A DNA stretch of 32,394 nt from Minisyncoccota bacterium (GCA_043736905.1 JAYTBQ010000043.1:1-32394); one strand, 5' to 3'. Positions 18,649 through 28,742 are shown, counted from the stretch's first letter. Notes: generated from the letters alone by a model not told the origin. Numbers and translations: made by a program.

Positions 18649-19302
18649 ATGGTAAGGAATGTTCTTCGTACATCTCGTGTTCAAAAAGGATTCACCCTCA
18701 TTGAACTCCTTGTGAGTATTGGTGTTATGATGATTATTCTAGGTGTTTCTATTTCTGGTGCTCCACAAGCTATTACAAAGCTTGCGCTTGCGGACAATGC
18801 ATATCAAGTTGAGTTACTTATCCGTGATGTTCAACTTCAAGGTAGTTCTATTAACTCCTTTGATGGTCTATTTGGTGGAGCTGGAATAATTTTTGATCTC
18901 GCCACATCCTCTCAGGTACTCAAGTTTAAAGATAGAGTTATTCCAAGTTTTACAAAAGCAATCGGTGTGGGAAACGGCCTTTATGATGCTTCGCCTATAG
19001 ACGAAAAAAGTAGTTTTTTACTAATGTCTGGAGCTAATCGCTTTAGTAAACTATGTGTTGCGACAAGTACTTCAGTACTTAAGTGTAATACAGACAATAC
19101 ACCAGCGATTAACACACTTACTCTTTCATTTAATCGTCCGAAACAAACTGCTCATATTTATATAAATGGAGATGCTTCTACTGACTTTAGTATCGCATGT
19201 ATGCAGTTTGATTCTTATCGTTCGCCAGAAAATGGACACGTTAGGTCTATCTTTATTTATAAATCAGGTATGATTACTAAAAAGTTTGGAACATGTAGCT
19301 AG
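18649..19302 (+). CDS. minor pilin / pseudopilin
   Basis: N-terminal QKGFTLIELLVSIGVMMIILG prepilin motif. Confidence 0.8.
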   Translation: MVRNVLRTSRVQKGFTLIELLVSIGVMMIILGVSISGAPQAITKLALADNAYQVELLIRDVQLQGSSINSFDGLFGGAGIIFDLATSSQVLKFKDRVIPSFTKAIGVGNGLYDASPIDEKSSFLLMSGANRFSKLCVATSTSVLKCNTDNTPAINTLTLSFNRPKQTAHIYINGDASTDFSIACMQFDSYRSPENGHVRSIFIYKSGMITKKFGTCS

Positions 19303-19303
19303 T

Positions 19304-19957
19304 ATGAGATATTCCATTTTACAACAAAAAATGAAAGGATTCACCCTTGTAGAATTATTGGTAGTACTTGGTCTTTTCTCGGGTATTGCGACAGTTAGTC
19401 TTGGTGCGCTCTTTAATGCTCAGTCTGTAAATGCTAAGTTACAAGAATCTCAAGCAATTCTTGATAATATTAACCTTTCTACTATGACGGTTACGAGAGA
19501 TATACGCTTTGGATCGGAATTTTATTGCACTAACGATCTTCCTCTTACTATGGCAACAGTTCCAACCGTTCGCAAAAACTGTGTTCGCGCAGGAGGAGGT
19601 CTTTCTGGGGGAGGGACCGTACTTATTTTTAGACCAGTAGATGCCGCGACTTCTTCTGATAGGGTTGCTTATTATGTAAAAAATGGCGTTCTCTATAAAG
19701 AAGACTATCCATTTCAAGCAGCATCGACTACGTTACAGATGACTTCCAACGATGTAACTATTAAGTCATTAACATTTTACGTAGATGGTGCACAGACTTC
19801 CGATGGATCTAGTGATGAAGCTAATGCATTTGACTACAAACAGCCTCTTATCTCTTTCCTGCTTTCCGGTGACACCAAGCCGACAAGATCTTCAGCACCT
19901 CCAGTTAACTTTAATATTCAGACAAGTATTTCTGCGCGAGAAATTGATAATAAATAA
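19304..19957 (+). CDS. minor pilin / pseudopilin
   Basis: N-terminal MKGFTLVELLVVLGLFSGIA prepilin motif. ATG 19304 lies 1 nt after the upstream stop. Confidence 0.8.
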   Translation: MRYSILQQKMKGFTLVELLVVLGLFSGIATVSLGALFNAQSVNAKLQESQAILDNINLSTMTVTRDIRFGSEFYCTNDLPLTMATVPTVRKNCVRAGGGLSGGGTVLIFRPVDAATSSDRVAYYVKNGVLYKEDYPFQAASTTLQMTSNDVTIKSLTFYVDGAQTSDGSSDEANAFDYKQPLISFLLSGDTKPTRSSAPPVNFNIQTSISAREIDNK

Positions 19958-19966
19958 GCTTTATAT

Positions 19967-20707
19967 ATGAACGTCGCAATTAAAAAAAATAAAGGATTCA
20001 CATTACTTGAAACGCTCACTTCTATTGCAATACTTTCTATTGTCATCGTAGGACCGCTTGCTGTTATTATGAATTCTTCCTCATATGCACGTCAATCCAA
20101 GGACACTATTGTCGCTACGTACCTTGCTGAAGAGTCCGTCGAGTTGATTCAGAATCAGTATGATTCATTGTATATCCTCTGTAAAAAGAATCCAACTGAT
20201 CCGTACTGTGTTACGTCATCAAATGAGACATCAGGGCAAATTTCTTGGAGACTTTTCAAAGAACGACTTGGTCCTGTGGGGGGGCAGCCATCTTGTTATT
20301 CTGACGATAATCCTTCTGGTTGCTCATTTGATTCTGTAAACATGAGTAATGATCCTACAGCAACCCCTGTGAGATATTTTGCGAATGAAAGCCAGTGCCC
20401 CTCCTTAGTTGAAGCAACATCGTCCGTGTCAATAATGCGTCCTACGCAAAATAGTTCTGTTTTCACAGAAATAGTAGAAACTCGACATACTTATGTGTGT
20501 AAAGGTGTTGCTGCTCATATCCCAGGGACTGCAGGAGTGAAGTCATATACACGTACTGTTTCTGTTGAAAAAATTACCTCACCATTTGCTGGTGGTGAAC
20601 TACTTAACCAAGACGATCTTCGGATAACCGCCAGTGTAAAGTTTAACACTTTAAATGGAGCGTCATCGACAGTTAAGATTGTAAGATTTATGCATGCGCA
20701 ACCATAG
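19967..20707 (+). CDS. minor pilin (PilV/GspI-like N-terminus)
   Basis: N-terminal NKGFTLLETLTSIAILSIVIVGPL prepilin motif. The globular part is Cys-rich. Confidence 0.75.
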   Translation: MNVAIKKNKGFTLLETLTSIAILSIVIVGPLAVIMNSSSYARQSKDTIVATYLAEESVELIQNQYDSLYILCKKNPTDPYCVTSSNETSGQISWRLFKERLGPVGGQPSCYSDDNPSGCSFDSVNMSNDPTATPVRYFANESQCPSLVEATSSVSIMRPTQNSSVFTEIVETRHTYVCKGVAAHIPGTAGVKSYTRTVSVEKITSPFAGGELLNQDDLRITASVKFNTLNGASSTVKIVRFMHAQP

Positions 20708-20708
20708 T

Positions 20709-21383
20709 ATGAAATTTTCTGCTCGATACCATTCATTTCCAAAACAACGTGGATTCGTTCTCCCTTTTACAATGCTTATCTCTACACTTGTCTTGTTTAT
20801 TGCAACAGGATCATTAACTCTACTCTCAAAGCAGCTCTATTTTTCAAAAGTGTATAAACAAAGTCAAGTCGCTTACTATGCAGCAGATGATGCAATAACG
20901 TGCGCAATTGCAATTGATGATACATATATTGCCAATGATGGGCTTGGTATTTTTTCTGCAAGTACTACGGTTTCATGGCAAACCTATACAAATTATGTTC
21001 TTGAGTATGTCAATGCAAAGCGGGCAGCAGAGACAAGTCCACAACCTCCTATCTTGCTCGAAAATATAAAATGCGGCCAGTCTGCTATTTTTGACACTAC
21101 CATTTCTCAATTTGCTACTTCGACAAATTTTTATGAACATCATTATACTAATCCTCGAAATGGTCTTGATGCAATAGAACTAGGTGTTACTTCTATCTAT
21201 AAAATGAAAATGGACCTTGGTCCTGATCCAAACATACCTGCGAATCGTCTCTATCGTTGTGCAAAAGTAACTATTAATAAGTCACAATCATTCCGTCAGA
21301 TTATTGCACAAGGATACGCCGAGTGTGATAATCCAAATGGCTCGATTGAGCGTGCTGTTGTTAACACAACTGACTCAAACTAG
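20709..21383 (+). CDS. PilX-like minor pilin (degenerate prepilin N-terminus)
   Basis: QRGFVLPFTMLISTLVLFIATGSL is typical of the PilX_N type. It is the last gene of the pilin operon. ATG 20709 lies 1 nt after the upstream stop. Confidence 0.65.
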   Translation: MKFSARYHSFPKQRGFVLPFTMLISTLVLFIATGSLTLLSKQLYFSKVYKQSQVAYYAADDAITCAIAIDDTYIANDGLGIFSASTTVSWQTYTNYVLEYVNAKRAAETSPQPPILLENIKCGQSAIFDTTISQFATSTNFYEHHYTNPRNGLDAIELGVTSIYKMKMDLGPDPNIPANRLYRCAKVTINKSQSFRQIIAQGYAECDNPNGSIERAVVNTTDSN

Positions 21384-21404
21384 TATAAAAAGCTTCAAAT
21401 GTAA

Positions 21405-23435
<2,031 letters not shown>

Positions 23436-23753
23436 TGAAATAGCTGAGTATCGGATTAACGTTGCTCGAAAGTGGGAGCCTCCCCTGTGGGGAAGAAGCA
23501 TGAGTTCATCGTGATGACGATGATGGGCTTGTGCGGAAGATTCTTAGTAAATACAAAATCGCAAAATTGTTCTATAATACAGGCTCATCAGCAGCATTTC
23601 TTACGTTCTGGAGCCTTCAAGGTCTAGGATAATGAGAAGTGTGAGCAGGAAGGTACTATCGTCTGCATGTGTGGACGCACGCATCGGATGGTGCTTAGAA
23701 AAAATCAAACAAATCTGAATGCTGAAAATTTGAGGAATTCGTTTCCTTGCACG

Positions 23754-23790
23754 ACACACCAGTAGGCCGCTGGTGTGTTTTTCTTTTTTT
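23754..23790 (+). terminator. intrinsic terminator ending an unannotated transcript downstream of ligA
   Basis: The 9-bp stem acacaccag/ctggtgtgt has loop taggccg and is followed by ttttcttttttt. Confidence 0.7.
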
Positions 23791-23911
23791 GTGATTGAAA
23801 TTATTGTGATAAAAATACAGTGGCGGCACGAAGCGTCCACTCTGCATCACAAGACACCAGACTTTTCATAAGAAAAAGCTCTTCGCAGGACGACGGTCCG
23901 AGAAGGAAGTA

Positions 23912-23942
23912 ATTCGCCAGCAGGCGAATATGCTGTCTTTTT
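23912..23942 (+). terminator. terminator-like hairpin plus T-run (second unannotated transcript end)
   Basis: The stem is attcgcc/ggcgaat with loop agca. An alternative stem cagca/tgctg lies directly before tcttttt. Confidence 0.5.
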
Positions 23943-24041
23943 CGTTGAAAAGTTTAAAAAGAAAAAATTGCCTATATTATTATATGGAGTATCAAAGGAA
24001 AAATTTGTAATATAAAACCATTTTTTACATCCTACATTTCA

Positions 24042-24050
24042 TGATAGAAT
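24042..24050 (+). promoter_or_regulatory. extended -10 box (TGaTAGAAT) 6 nt upstream of the gatC ATG; probable leaderless start
   Basis: TGnTAnnnT match. A 6-nt gap separates it from ATG 24057. Confidence 0.5.
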
Positions 24051-24056
24051 AGTCAG

Positions 24057-24341
24057 ATGAACTTCACAGAACAGGACATCGACAATCTTTCTCGACTTGC
24101 TCGAATTGATATTAATCCATCAGAAAAACAAAAAATGCTTCATGATATGCAAGCAATTCTTGGCTATGTCTCAGAAATAAATGAAGTGGAGGGTGAAGTA
24201 GTTTTAGGTGAAGAAGATTTTTTTAATGTTGTCCGTGAGGATGTTATTACTCATAGCACCGGTTCCTCAACCGAGGCACTTCTTAGAGAATCTCCAGCTG
24301 TTAAGGATGGATATGTTGAAGTAATTCAGGTCCTTAAATAG
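24057..24341 (+). CDS. gatC: Asp/Glu-tRNA amidotransferase subunit C
   Basis: The size (94 aa), the motif LSRLARIDINPSEKQKM...REDV and the position directly upstream of gatA fit GatC. Confidence 0.88.
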   Translation: MNFTEQDIDNLSRLARIDINPSEKQKMLHDMQAILGYVSEINEVEGEVVLGEEDFFNVVREDVITHSTGSSTEALLRESPAVKDGYVEVIQVLK

Positions 24342-24365
24342 GCTTCATCAAGCTACATATACTAT

Positions 24366-25787
24366 ATGAAACAAAAAACTCTACGACAACTACATGAAGC
24401 ATTGAAAAACGGCACAGCAACCATTGAGGCACTTGTTGATGTCTCAAAAGCTACCATTAAAGAAAAGGAATCGAATGTTCATGCTCTTCTTGGAATGTAT
24501 TCTGATTCGCTTATTACCTCCCAGATTGAGTTGGCAAAAAAAATGTTTACTGATGGTACAGCAACTGTACTCACCGGTATCCCAATTGTCCTTAAGGATA
24601 ATATTATTGTTAATGGTGAGATTGCGACTGGTGGTTCAAAAATTCTCGAGCATTACACTGGCACATACGACGCAACAGTGGTGAAGAAGTTAAAAGCTGC
24701 TGGCGCTATTTTACTTGGTCGTGCAAACATGGATGAATTTGCAATGGGTGGGTCCACAGAAAATTCAGCATACGGACCAACAAAGAATCCACATGATATA
24801 ACAAAAGTAGCAGGGGGATCATCCGGCGGTTCTGCAGCTGTTGTTGCGTATGGTGGTGTGCCTGTATCACTTGGGTCAGACACTGGCGGTTCAATTCGTC
24901 AGCCTGCATCGTTTTGTGGAATTGTTGGGCTTAAGACTACCTATGGAGACATCTCTCGTTACGGGCTCATGGCGATGGGAAGTTCTCTTGATCAAATTGG
25001 ACCATTTGGTAATACTGTTGAAGATGTAGAGGATGTCTATTCTATTATTACTGGATATGACCCGCTAGACAGCACATCTTTACCGGAAGTAATTCGCACT
25101 AAGGATAAACCTTCAAACAAGAAAGTGATCGGTGTTCCTCGTTCGTTTGTCAGCCAAGATGGTATTGATAAAGAAGTTCTTGCTAACTTTGAAGACTCGC
25201 TTGCGGTTCTTAAAAAATTAGGGTACACCATACAAGACATTACCATCAGCCAGCTTGAAAAAGCCCTCTCCGTGTACTATGTTGTTATGTTCGCTGAAGT
25301 ATCCAGTAACTTAGCTCGCTATGATGGTATTAGATATGGACTATCACATCCAGGTGAAACAAGTATACGAAGCTATTTCGAATCTCGAACAAGTGGCTTT
25401 GGTCCTGAGGTGCGTCGTAGAATTTTGCTCGGAACGTATGTTCTTTCTTCAGGATATTATGATGCATACTATAATAAAGCAAACATTGTACGTGCAATGC
25501 TCAAAAAAGAGTTTGCGGCAATTTTTAATGACATTGATGCAATCGTAACACCAACCTCTCCGGTCCCAGCTTTTGCTCTTGGTGAAAAATCATCAGACCC
25601 TCTTGCTATGTATCTCGCAGATATCTTTACCGTTCCTGTTAACATTGTGGGTGTTCCGGCAATTTCCATCCCCTCTGGAGTAACAGAAGCGAAACTTCCT
25701 CTGGGTATTCAATTTATAGCAGCACACGGACGAGAAGATATTTTGTTTGCTATAGGAAAGGAGTTTGAGAATGGGTTGTCGTTATAA
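24366..25787 (+). CDS. gatA: Asp/Glu-tRNA amidotransferase subunit A (amidase signature family)
   Basis: Amidase signature GGSSGGSAAVVA...GSDTGGSIRQPASFCG. KDNI motif present. The length is typical of GatA. Confidence 0.93.
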   Translation: MKQKTLRQLHEALKNGTATIEALVDVSKATIKEKESNVHALLGMYSDSLITSQIELAKKMFTDGTATVLTGIPIVLKDNIIVNGEIATGGSKILEHYTGTYDATVVKKLKAAGAILLGRANMDEFAMGGSTENSAYGPTKNPHDITKVAGGSSGGSAAVVAYGGVPVSLGSDTGGSIRQPASFCGIVGLKTTYGDISRYGLMAMGSSLDQIGPFGNTVEDVEDVYSIITGYDPLDSTSLPEVIRTKDKPSNKKVIGVPRSFVSQDGIDKEVLANFEDSLAVLKKLGYTIQDITISQLEKALSVYYVVMFAEVSSNLARYDGIRYGLSHPGETSIRSYFESRTSGFGPEVRRRILLGTYVLSSGYYDAYYNKANIVRAMLKKEFAAIFNDIDAIVTPTSPVPAFALGEKSSDPLAMYLADIFTVPVNIVGVPAISIPSGVTEAKLPLGIQFIAAHGREDILFAIGKEFENGLSL

Positions 25788-25794
25788 AGGTAAT

Positions 25795-25817
25795 ACACAA
25801 AAGCGCGCTGTGTTTTT
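25795..25817 (+). terminator. possible intrinsic terminator after gatA
   Basis: The stem acaca/tgtgt encloses a GC-rich loop (aaagcgcgc) and runs into tttttg. Confidence 0.4.
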
Positions 25818-25909
25818 GTGGTACTATTAGGGGTAGTATTGTAAGCCTTTTTTATCTTTTGCTTTAGTCTATTTTTTGAATAAAAGCCAAGGGCTATAAT
25901 CTACTCTTT

Positions 25910-27295
25910 ATGTACTCTCTTTCCCTTGATTATGTTTTTAATAGAGTGTATGACGTATTGCTTTGGATAAAGTATACGTGGCTTTTTACACTGTTACGAA
26001 GCAATAAAGCAGGATATTTAAAAGAGCATGAAGGGAGAGATTGGGATGGTTTGCGTGATAGAGGGTGGTTTGATAATTATGTTGCACAAGCAAATGCCAC
26101 AGTACCGCCTGCAGATATACAAGTATCACTTTGGCAAAGGACTCTTGAATCAATGGGGATACGACTTCGTGACAGCGATGGGGATGGAGTTCCTGATGTC
26201 TCAGATTCGAGGCCTTTTGATAGTGACAATCTTACAAAGGCCGAGCTCAAGGAACGATACGAAGCTGATTATACTTTTCTTGATCATGTTCGCGATACTT
26301 TTGGTATTGGTCCAAAAGATGCAGATAAAGACGGTGTTCCCGGTAGCTACGAGACTCAGCATGGAATGAGTGCTACCAATCCGGACTCCGATAGTGACGG
26401 TGTCCTAGATGGACAAGAGTTGATGCAGGGGACAGATACTCTTAATAGCGATTCAGATGGAGACCTTGTTCTTGATGGGCGTGATGAATCTCCTGCCAAC
26501 TCAGAAGTGTCGTCAATTGGAAAAGATGCTGACGGAGATGGTGTTAGTGATATTATAGAAAAAATTCTTGGAACCAAGATTGATATTAAGGATACCGATG
26601 GTGACAGTATTGGGGATAATATGGACACATATCCTCTTGATCCTTCAAACATTGGCCAAATTGCCCCACTTGATATTTCTAAAACAACGGATGCTATTCA
26701 TTTTTCTATTCAAAATCCTGTTCTTGATCTTTTCACCAACATAGTCTCAATCTTCATTCTCGTTATAATGTTTTTCCTTGTCTACATTGCAACGAAGTGG
26801 TTTGTTATTTTCCTTGAAGGTCTCAATCATTATGAGCATCAATTCGATCATGGTGATGACCATGGTGCTTCTCAAGGACATGTAATCAAAGATGGCACAC
26901 ATGCTCCAGATATGCCAGCGGGGATATCTGGACTTGCAGTTTCCTCAACGGGCACAATGTACACTCCGTCTTCGAAAGATTTTATGGATCATCCAAAATT
27001 TGCAGTGATTCAAGGGTATATGACAAGTCAGAGTGAAGCTCTGTGGAGAATTGGAATAATGGAGGCAGATAACGTCCTTCTTGAAGTGCTTACTGAAAAA
27101 GGGTACAGCGGGGATGGTGTCGGCGAAAAACTCAAAGGGGCAAGTTTTAAAACAATCGATCTAGCATGGGATGCTCATAAGGTACGTAATAGAATCGCAC
27201 ACGAAGGGTCAAATTTTGAATTAACAGAACGAGAGGCAAAACGAACATTCATGCTCTATGAGTCAGTATTGAGAGACCTGAAGGCAATTAGATAG
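25910..27295 (+). CDS. membrane protein with six thrombospondin-type-3-like Ca-binding repeats, one central TM helix and a C-terminal HEPN-like (DUF4145-like, Rx4H) domain
   Basis: Six DxDxDGxxD repeats (DSDGDGVPD, DADKDGVPG, DSDSDGVLD, DSDGDLVLD, DADGDGVSD, DTDGDSIGD) span aa 88-245. The TM helix LFTNIVSIFILVIMFFLVYIATKWFVIFL spans aa 274-302. The C-terminal motif is AWDAHKVRNRIAHEG (R426-x4-H431, nt 27185..27202). Confidence 0.8.
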   Translation: MYSLSLDYVFNRVYDVLLWIKYTWLFTLLRSNKAGYLKEHEGRDWDGLRDRGWFDNYVAQANATVPPADIQVSLWQRTLESMGIRLRDSDGDGVPDVSDSRPFDSDNLTKAELKERYEADYTFLDHVRDTFGIGPKDADKDGVPGSYETQHGMSATNPDSDSDGVLDGQELMQGTDTLNSDSDGDLVLDGRDESPANSEVSSIGKDADGDGVSDIIEKILGTKIDIKDTDGDSIGDNMDTYPLDPSNIGQIAPLDISKTTDAIHFSIQNPVLDLFTNIVSIFILVIMFFLVYIATKWFVIFLEGLNHYEHQFDHGDDHGASQGHVIKDGTHAPDMPAGISGLAVSSTGTMYTPSSKDFMDHPKFAVIQGYMTSQSEALWRIGIMEADNVLLEVLTEKGYSGDGVGEKLKGASFKTIDLAWDAHKVRNRIAHEGSNFELTEREAKRTFMLYESVLRDLKAIR

Positions 27296-27330
27296 GGAAG
27301 GAAGACAGGACATGGAACTTAGTGCAAAGT

Positions 27331-27373
27331 AAAAGAACATGAGCGACACCTTCGGTGTCGCTCATGTTCTTTT
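27331..27373. terminator. strong bidirectional intrinsic terminator
   Basis: A 20-bp perfect stem aaaagaacatgagcgacacc / ggtgtcgctcatgttctttt forms around ttc. The A-run and T-run are built into the arms. Confidence 0.8.
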
Positions 27374-27395
27374 ACTTGTTGCGGGGACAGGAATC
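27371..27395 (-). repeat. 25-bp exact copy of the 3' end of tRNA(CAU) plus 8 nt of downstream flank (left direct repeat)
   Basis: tttacttgttgcggggacaggaatc is identical to 28593..28617. On the minus strand it corresponds to the T-loop through the discriminator base of the tRNA, plus caagtaaa. Confidence 0.85.
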
Positions 27396-27481
27396 TGTCA
27401 CGGAGCTCCTCCTCTCTTTGTTCGTCGAAGATGCTCCGCGACCCCATCTTCGACACCTGACGCAGGTCATGTGGCTTCGCT

Positions 27482-27500
27482 ATATAGCTCCCAATATCAG
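27482..27500. repeat. IS left terminal inverted repeat
   Basis: 19/19 reverse-complement match to 28512..28530. Confidence 0.85.
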
Positions 27501-27540
27501 CTACTTTGCTAAACTACCCATACACCACATAGCTTAAACG

Positions 27541-28515
27541 GTGTTCAAACGTATGAATAGTAAAAAGTGTGTATTTTGCGAGTCTTTAAAAGTAACAAAA
27601 CAAGGATTCCAACAAGGAATACAAAAGTGGAAATGTAAGGAATGTTTACAATATTTTCAAGCAAACAAAAAATCTCTTCCAAAGGAAGAGATTTTTTGTT
27701 CTTTCGTGTTCCATAAACAGACATTTAAGGAACTATCAGAATCACATCATATTCGCCATAGAACTTTACAAACGATATTTGATGAGTACGTATTAGAAAA
27801 GAAAGTACATAACCCTAGAGTTATCTATCTCGTAGTAGACGGTACATACTTTGGAGAAACTGGTACACCTAATGCGTTTTGTCTTGTTGTGTTCAGAGAT
27901 GAGGAAAACAAGGAGAATATTTGGTGGAAGTTCTGTGAGGTAGAAACGTATAATGTATACAAAGAAGGTAAAGACTATCTCACTTCGCTTGGGTACGTAA
28001 TCAAAGGTGTCACAGCAGATGGATTACCCTTAATACGTAATGTATTTAAAGATATCAGGTTTCAGATGTGTTTAGTACACATGGAGAGAATTATCATCCG
28101 GGGAACGACAAAGTTTCCAATCCTTGAAGCTGGGAAAGTGCTCCTTGCTATAGCAGGAACTTTACATACAACAAACAAGAATGAACTACGAACTAGAGTT
28201 ATTAAGTACAAAGAAATGTATTGGGAGTTTCTTAATGAAAAAGCTATCAGCATCATCACTGGCGACAGTTGGCTTGTACACAGAGAACTACTGCGAGCTT
28301 TTAATTCTCTCTACAACCTTTTTCCTCACTTGTTTACCTATGAATCTGATTCTCGTATTTCAAAGACTTCTAATTCAATTGAAGGGCACTTCCATCACAT
28401 CAATGTACGAGTATCTGTGCATCACGGTCTTTCCCTTCAAAGGAAGCAGAAGCTGATTACTGCGATACTTCTGAACTCGTCTGTTACTTTGGATGAAAAG
28501 AGAAAGAAAAACTGA
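27541..28515 (+). CDS. DDE transposase with N-terminal zinc ribbon (IS256/Mutator-like or ISL3/IS1595-like core; family not resolved)
   Basis: Zinc ribbon CVFCES...WKCKEC. Candidate DDE triad: VVDGTYF, VTADGLPLIRNVFKDIRFQMCLVHMERI, TSNSIEGHF. A GTG start at 27541 or an ATG at 27553 is possible. Confidence 0.75.
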   Translation: MFKRMNSKKCVFCESLKVTKQGFQQGIQKWKCKECLQYFQANKKSLPKEEIFCSFVFHKQTFKELSESHHIRHRTLQTIFDEYVLEKKVHNPRVIYLVVDGTYFGETGTPNAFCLVVFRDEENKENIWWKFCEVETYNVYKEGKDYLTSLGYVIKGVTADGLPLIRNVFKDIRFQMCLVHMERIIIRGTTKFPILEAGKVLLAIAGTLHTTNKNELRTRVIKYKEMYWEFLNEKAISIITGDSWLVHRELLRAFNSLYNLFPHLFTYESDSRISKTSNSIEGHFHHINVRVSVHHGLSLQRKQKLITAILLNSSVTLDEKRKKN

Positions 28516-28530
28516 TATTGGGAGCTATAT
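28512..28530. repeat. IS right terminal inverted repeat
   Basis: 19/19 reverse-complement match to 27482..27500. Confidence 0.85.
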
Positions 28531-28555
28531 GCCTGTGCTTCTGATGGAGACAAGT

Positions 28556-28595
28556 AAAGAAAAACTAGCAACTGAATACAGTGCTAGTTTTTCTT
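28556..28595 (-). terminator. intrinsic terminator downstream of the minus-strand tRNA(CAU)
   Basis: The stem aaagaaaaactagca / tgctagtttttcttt (one bulge) has an 11-nt loop. A T-run follows on the minus strand. Confidence 0.65.
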
Positions 28596-28617
28596 TACTT
28601 GTTGCGGGGACAGGAAT
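28593..28617 (-). repeat. right copy of the 25-bp direct repeat (part of the intact tRNA and its 3' flank)
   Basis: Identical to 27371..27395. Confidence 0.85.
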
Positions 28618-28671
28618 CGAACCTATGTCCCGAGGTTATGAGCCTCGTGAGTTACCTCTACTCTACCCCGC
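28601..28671 (-). tRNA. tRNA with CAU anticodon (Met, initiator or Ile2-lysidine type undetermined); 71 nt, no encoded CCA
   Basis: Minus-strand cloverleaf by hand: AGCGGGG-TA-GAGT-AGAGGTA-ACTC-A-CGAGG-CTCATAA-CCTCG-GGAC-ATAGG-TTCGATT-CCTGT-CCCCGCA-A. An A1:A72 mismatch is reminiscent of initiator tRNAs, but only two G-C pairs sit at the base of the anticodon stem. Confidence 0.75.
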
Positions 28672-28742
28672 TATATATGACTATCTAATTTTTTTACGAG
28701 GACTAGTAAACCTCGGAGGTTATGTGAGCTATAAAGCTTCTT

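Larger units (their letters stand above)
27482..28530 (+). mobile_element. 1049-bp insertion sequence with perfect 19-bp terminal inverted repeats and a single DDE transposase gene
   Basis: IRL atatagctcccaatatcag (27482..27500) is the exact reverse complement of IRR ctgatattgggagctatat (28512..28530). The transposase stop codon lies inside IRR. No clean target-site duplication was recognised. Confidence 0.8.

Noticed and set aside
23601-23840. 79-aa minus-strand ORF in the ligA-gatC gap.
   Set aside because: It runs antisense through a strong plus-strand terminator. Its composition is Cys/His/Ile-rich with no family resemblance and it has no start context.
23897-23912. GGTCCGAGAAGGAAGT resembles the SRP RNA domain IV core (GGUCCGGAAGGAAGCAGC).
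   Set aside because: The loop would be a pentaloop. The conserved symmetric-loop nucleotides (AGG / GCA) are not matched. The 3' side forms its own hairpin instead of pairing back to a 5' arm. There is no long closing helix, so it was not called as ffs.
24057-25787. gatC-gatA without an adjacent gatB as a possible anomaly.
   Set aside because: gatB is unlinked from gatCA in many bacteria, so absence from this window is not informative.
26150-26650. Periodic repeats in the DNA (ga[ct]ag[ct]gatgg[at]ga-type units) that could be mistaken for a tandem repeat or CRISPR-like array.
   Set aside because: They are in frame and encode the DxDxDGxxD Ca-binding repeats of the 25910..27295 protein. The spacing is irregular and there are no identical repeat units.
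27482-28530. Target-site duplication for the IS, and the 25-bp direct repeats as that duplication.
   Set aside because: The 25-bp repeats lie 86 bp and 62 bp outside the inverted repeats, so they are not the IS target duplication. No matching short repeat abuts the IRs.
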